From Escherichia phage 4E10: a DNA stretch of 64,000 nucleotides. The stretch lies in the sequence record OQ689735.1. One strand, written 5' to 3'. Both the position numbers and the translations under genes were made by a program. The notes below the pieces were generated by a model, which saw only the letters and a list, made by a program, of their open reading frames with translations, was not told the DNA's origin and ran no database searches. Of this stretch, positions 63,064 to 64,000 are shown in pieces (position 1 is the stretch's first letter; each line of letters begins with the position of its first letter).

Positions 63064-64000
63064 ATTTAAATTGTTCAGTAACGTCTTCAACTACTTCGTA
63101 TTGACAGGTACGCATTTTAGCATCGTTGTAATCAATCGGAATTGATACTACATCGCGAGGATGAACTTTAACTTTTACAACTCGACTAGTTGAACTACCA
63201 AAGTGACGAATATAAGATTTAGAACACACATGCAGACCACGAGAACAAGTTTGTGTATCATCGTCATTCACACGAGTACGTGGCATTTTAACTACTTTAC
63301 CCGGACTGTTATCAAAGGTGTTTGAGTGACAGTCAAAGTAGTTGTCACGAACTACTTTCCAAGCATAGAAGTAACCATCTTCTGTAATTTCAATATCGTT
63401 TGCTACCAAGAAATCAAAGAGTCGAGATACCGCTTTTTGGCTTGGGTTTTCCAACAGATTTTCCAAGAACGGAAAATAAAATTCAAAGTTTTCGCCTTTT
63501 TCCATCGAATCAAGAATACGATCAACCAAACCAGAACGCAATTCAATATTTTGATAGAACAAGCTTCCGCCTTCAATTCGAACATCACCGGAAATATATT
63601 TTTCAACAGCGCGACGAACATTAATTTTTTGTGCCGCTTCTTCTAACTTATCTGCTACGAGCAGATTAAGAATTTCCTGGAAGTTTGAATGAGTATTAGG
63701 TGTTGCATTATAAGTTACACCATCAACAGTAATCGAAATGAATTTTTTAGATGCATTCCAAATAATGTCAGATTTAGCAACTGGAGCAATAACTGCATCG
63801 CTATTAACTTTAACTGTAATATCACCGCTAATAGTAACTTTAGAGTGTTTAGCTTCTTCAGCATTTTTCAAAACACGACGGATTGTGTCAACCGATACAC
63901 CTTGCCAATCAGCCAATTCCTGCTGAGTATAATTACCGCTTGAATACAGTTTAACAATTTCAGCTTGTTCGTTTTTGGTCAGGCATTTAATATTGTACAT
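63062..64000 (-). CDS. rIIB: rIIB rapid-lysis protein
   Basis: 312 aa; ATG at last bases of window; N-terminus MYNIKCLTKNEQAEIVKLYSSGNYTQQELADWQG. Confidence 0.9.
   Translation of the reverse strand: MYNIKCLTKNEQAEIVKLYSSGNYTQQELADWQGVSVDTIRRVLKNAEEAKHSKVTISGDITVKVNSDAVIAPVAKSDIIWNASKKFISITVDGVTYNATPNTHSNFQEILNLLVADKLEEAAQKINVRRAVEKYISGDVRIEGGSLFYQNIELRSGLVDRILDSMEKGENFEFYFPFLENLLENPSQKAVSRLFDFLVANDIEITEDGYFYAWKVVRDNYFDCHSNTFDNSPGKVVKMPRTRVNDDDTQTCSRGLHVCSKSYIRHFGSSTSRVVKVKVHPRDVVSIPIDYNDAKMRTCQYEVVEDVTEQFK

Noticed and set aside
63326-63943. Several plus-strand ORFs of 62-106 aa antisense to rIIB
   Set aside because: All lie inside the well-supported rIIB reading frame on the opposite strand.

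Overview
This window is a contiguous block of a T-even (T4-like, Tequatrovirus-type) coliphage genome, syntenic with T4 from the 3' end of gene 23 to rIIB. Homolog calls rest on recalled T4 protein sequences and motifs read by eye; no database search was run. Plus strand: late structural genes 23 (partial), 24, uvsW, baseplate hub genes 51-27-28-29-48-54, and the long-tail-fibre/lysis block 34-35-36-37-38-t. Minus strand: rnlB, hoc, inh, uvsY, 25, 26, two tandem alt paralogs, DNA ligase 30, the 30.x cluster, rIII, 31, cd, pseT, a spanin pair, alc, rnlA, denA, nrdB, nrdA, td, frd, 32, 59, 33, dsbA, rnh, asiA, arn, motA, 52, ac, stp, ndd, denB, rIIB. Regulatory signals are dense: exact TATAAATA late promoters, GTTTAC-N17-TAnnAT early promoters, MotA-box middle promoters, the gene 32 translational operator, and many GC stem-loops. 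No integrase, transposase, CRISPR array, tRNA or homing-endonuclease gene was seen. I did not find a clear new multi-gene system. The most interesting departures from the T4 layout as I recall it are a second intact Alt-type ADP-ribosyltransferase, an ORFan between frd and td, a HAD/NADAR gene pair, repeated promoter cassettes, a duplicated Hoc Ig domain, and long non-coding spacers around rIII. All promoter, terminator and repeat coordinates were derived by hand and may be off by a few bases.
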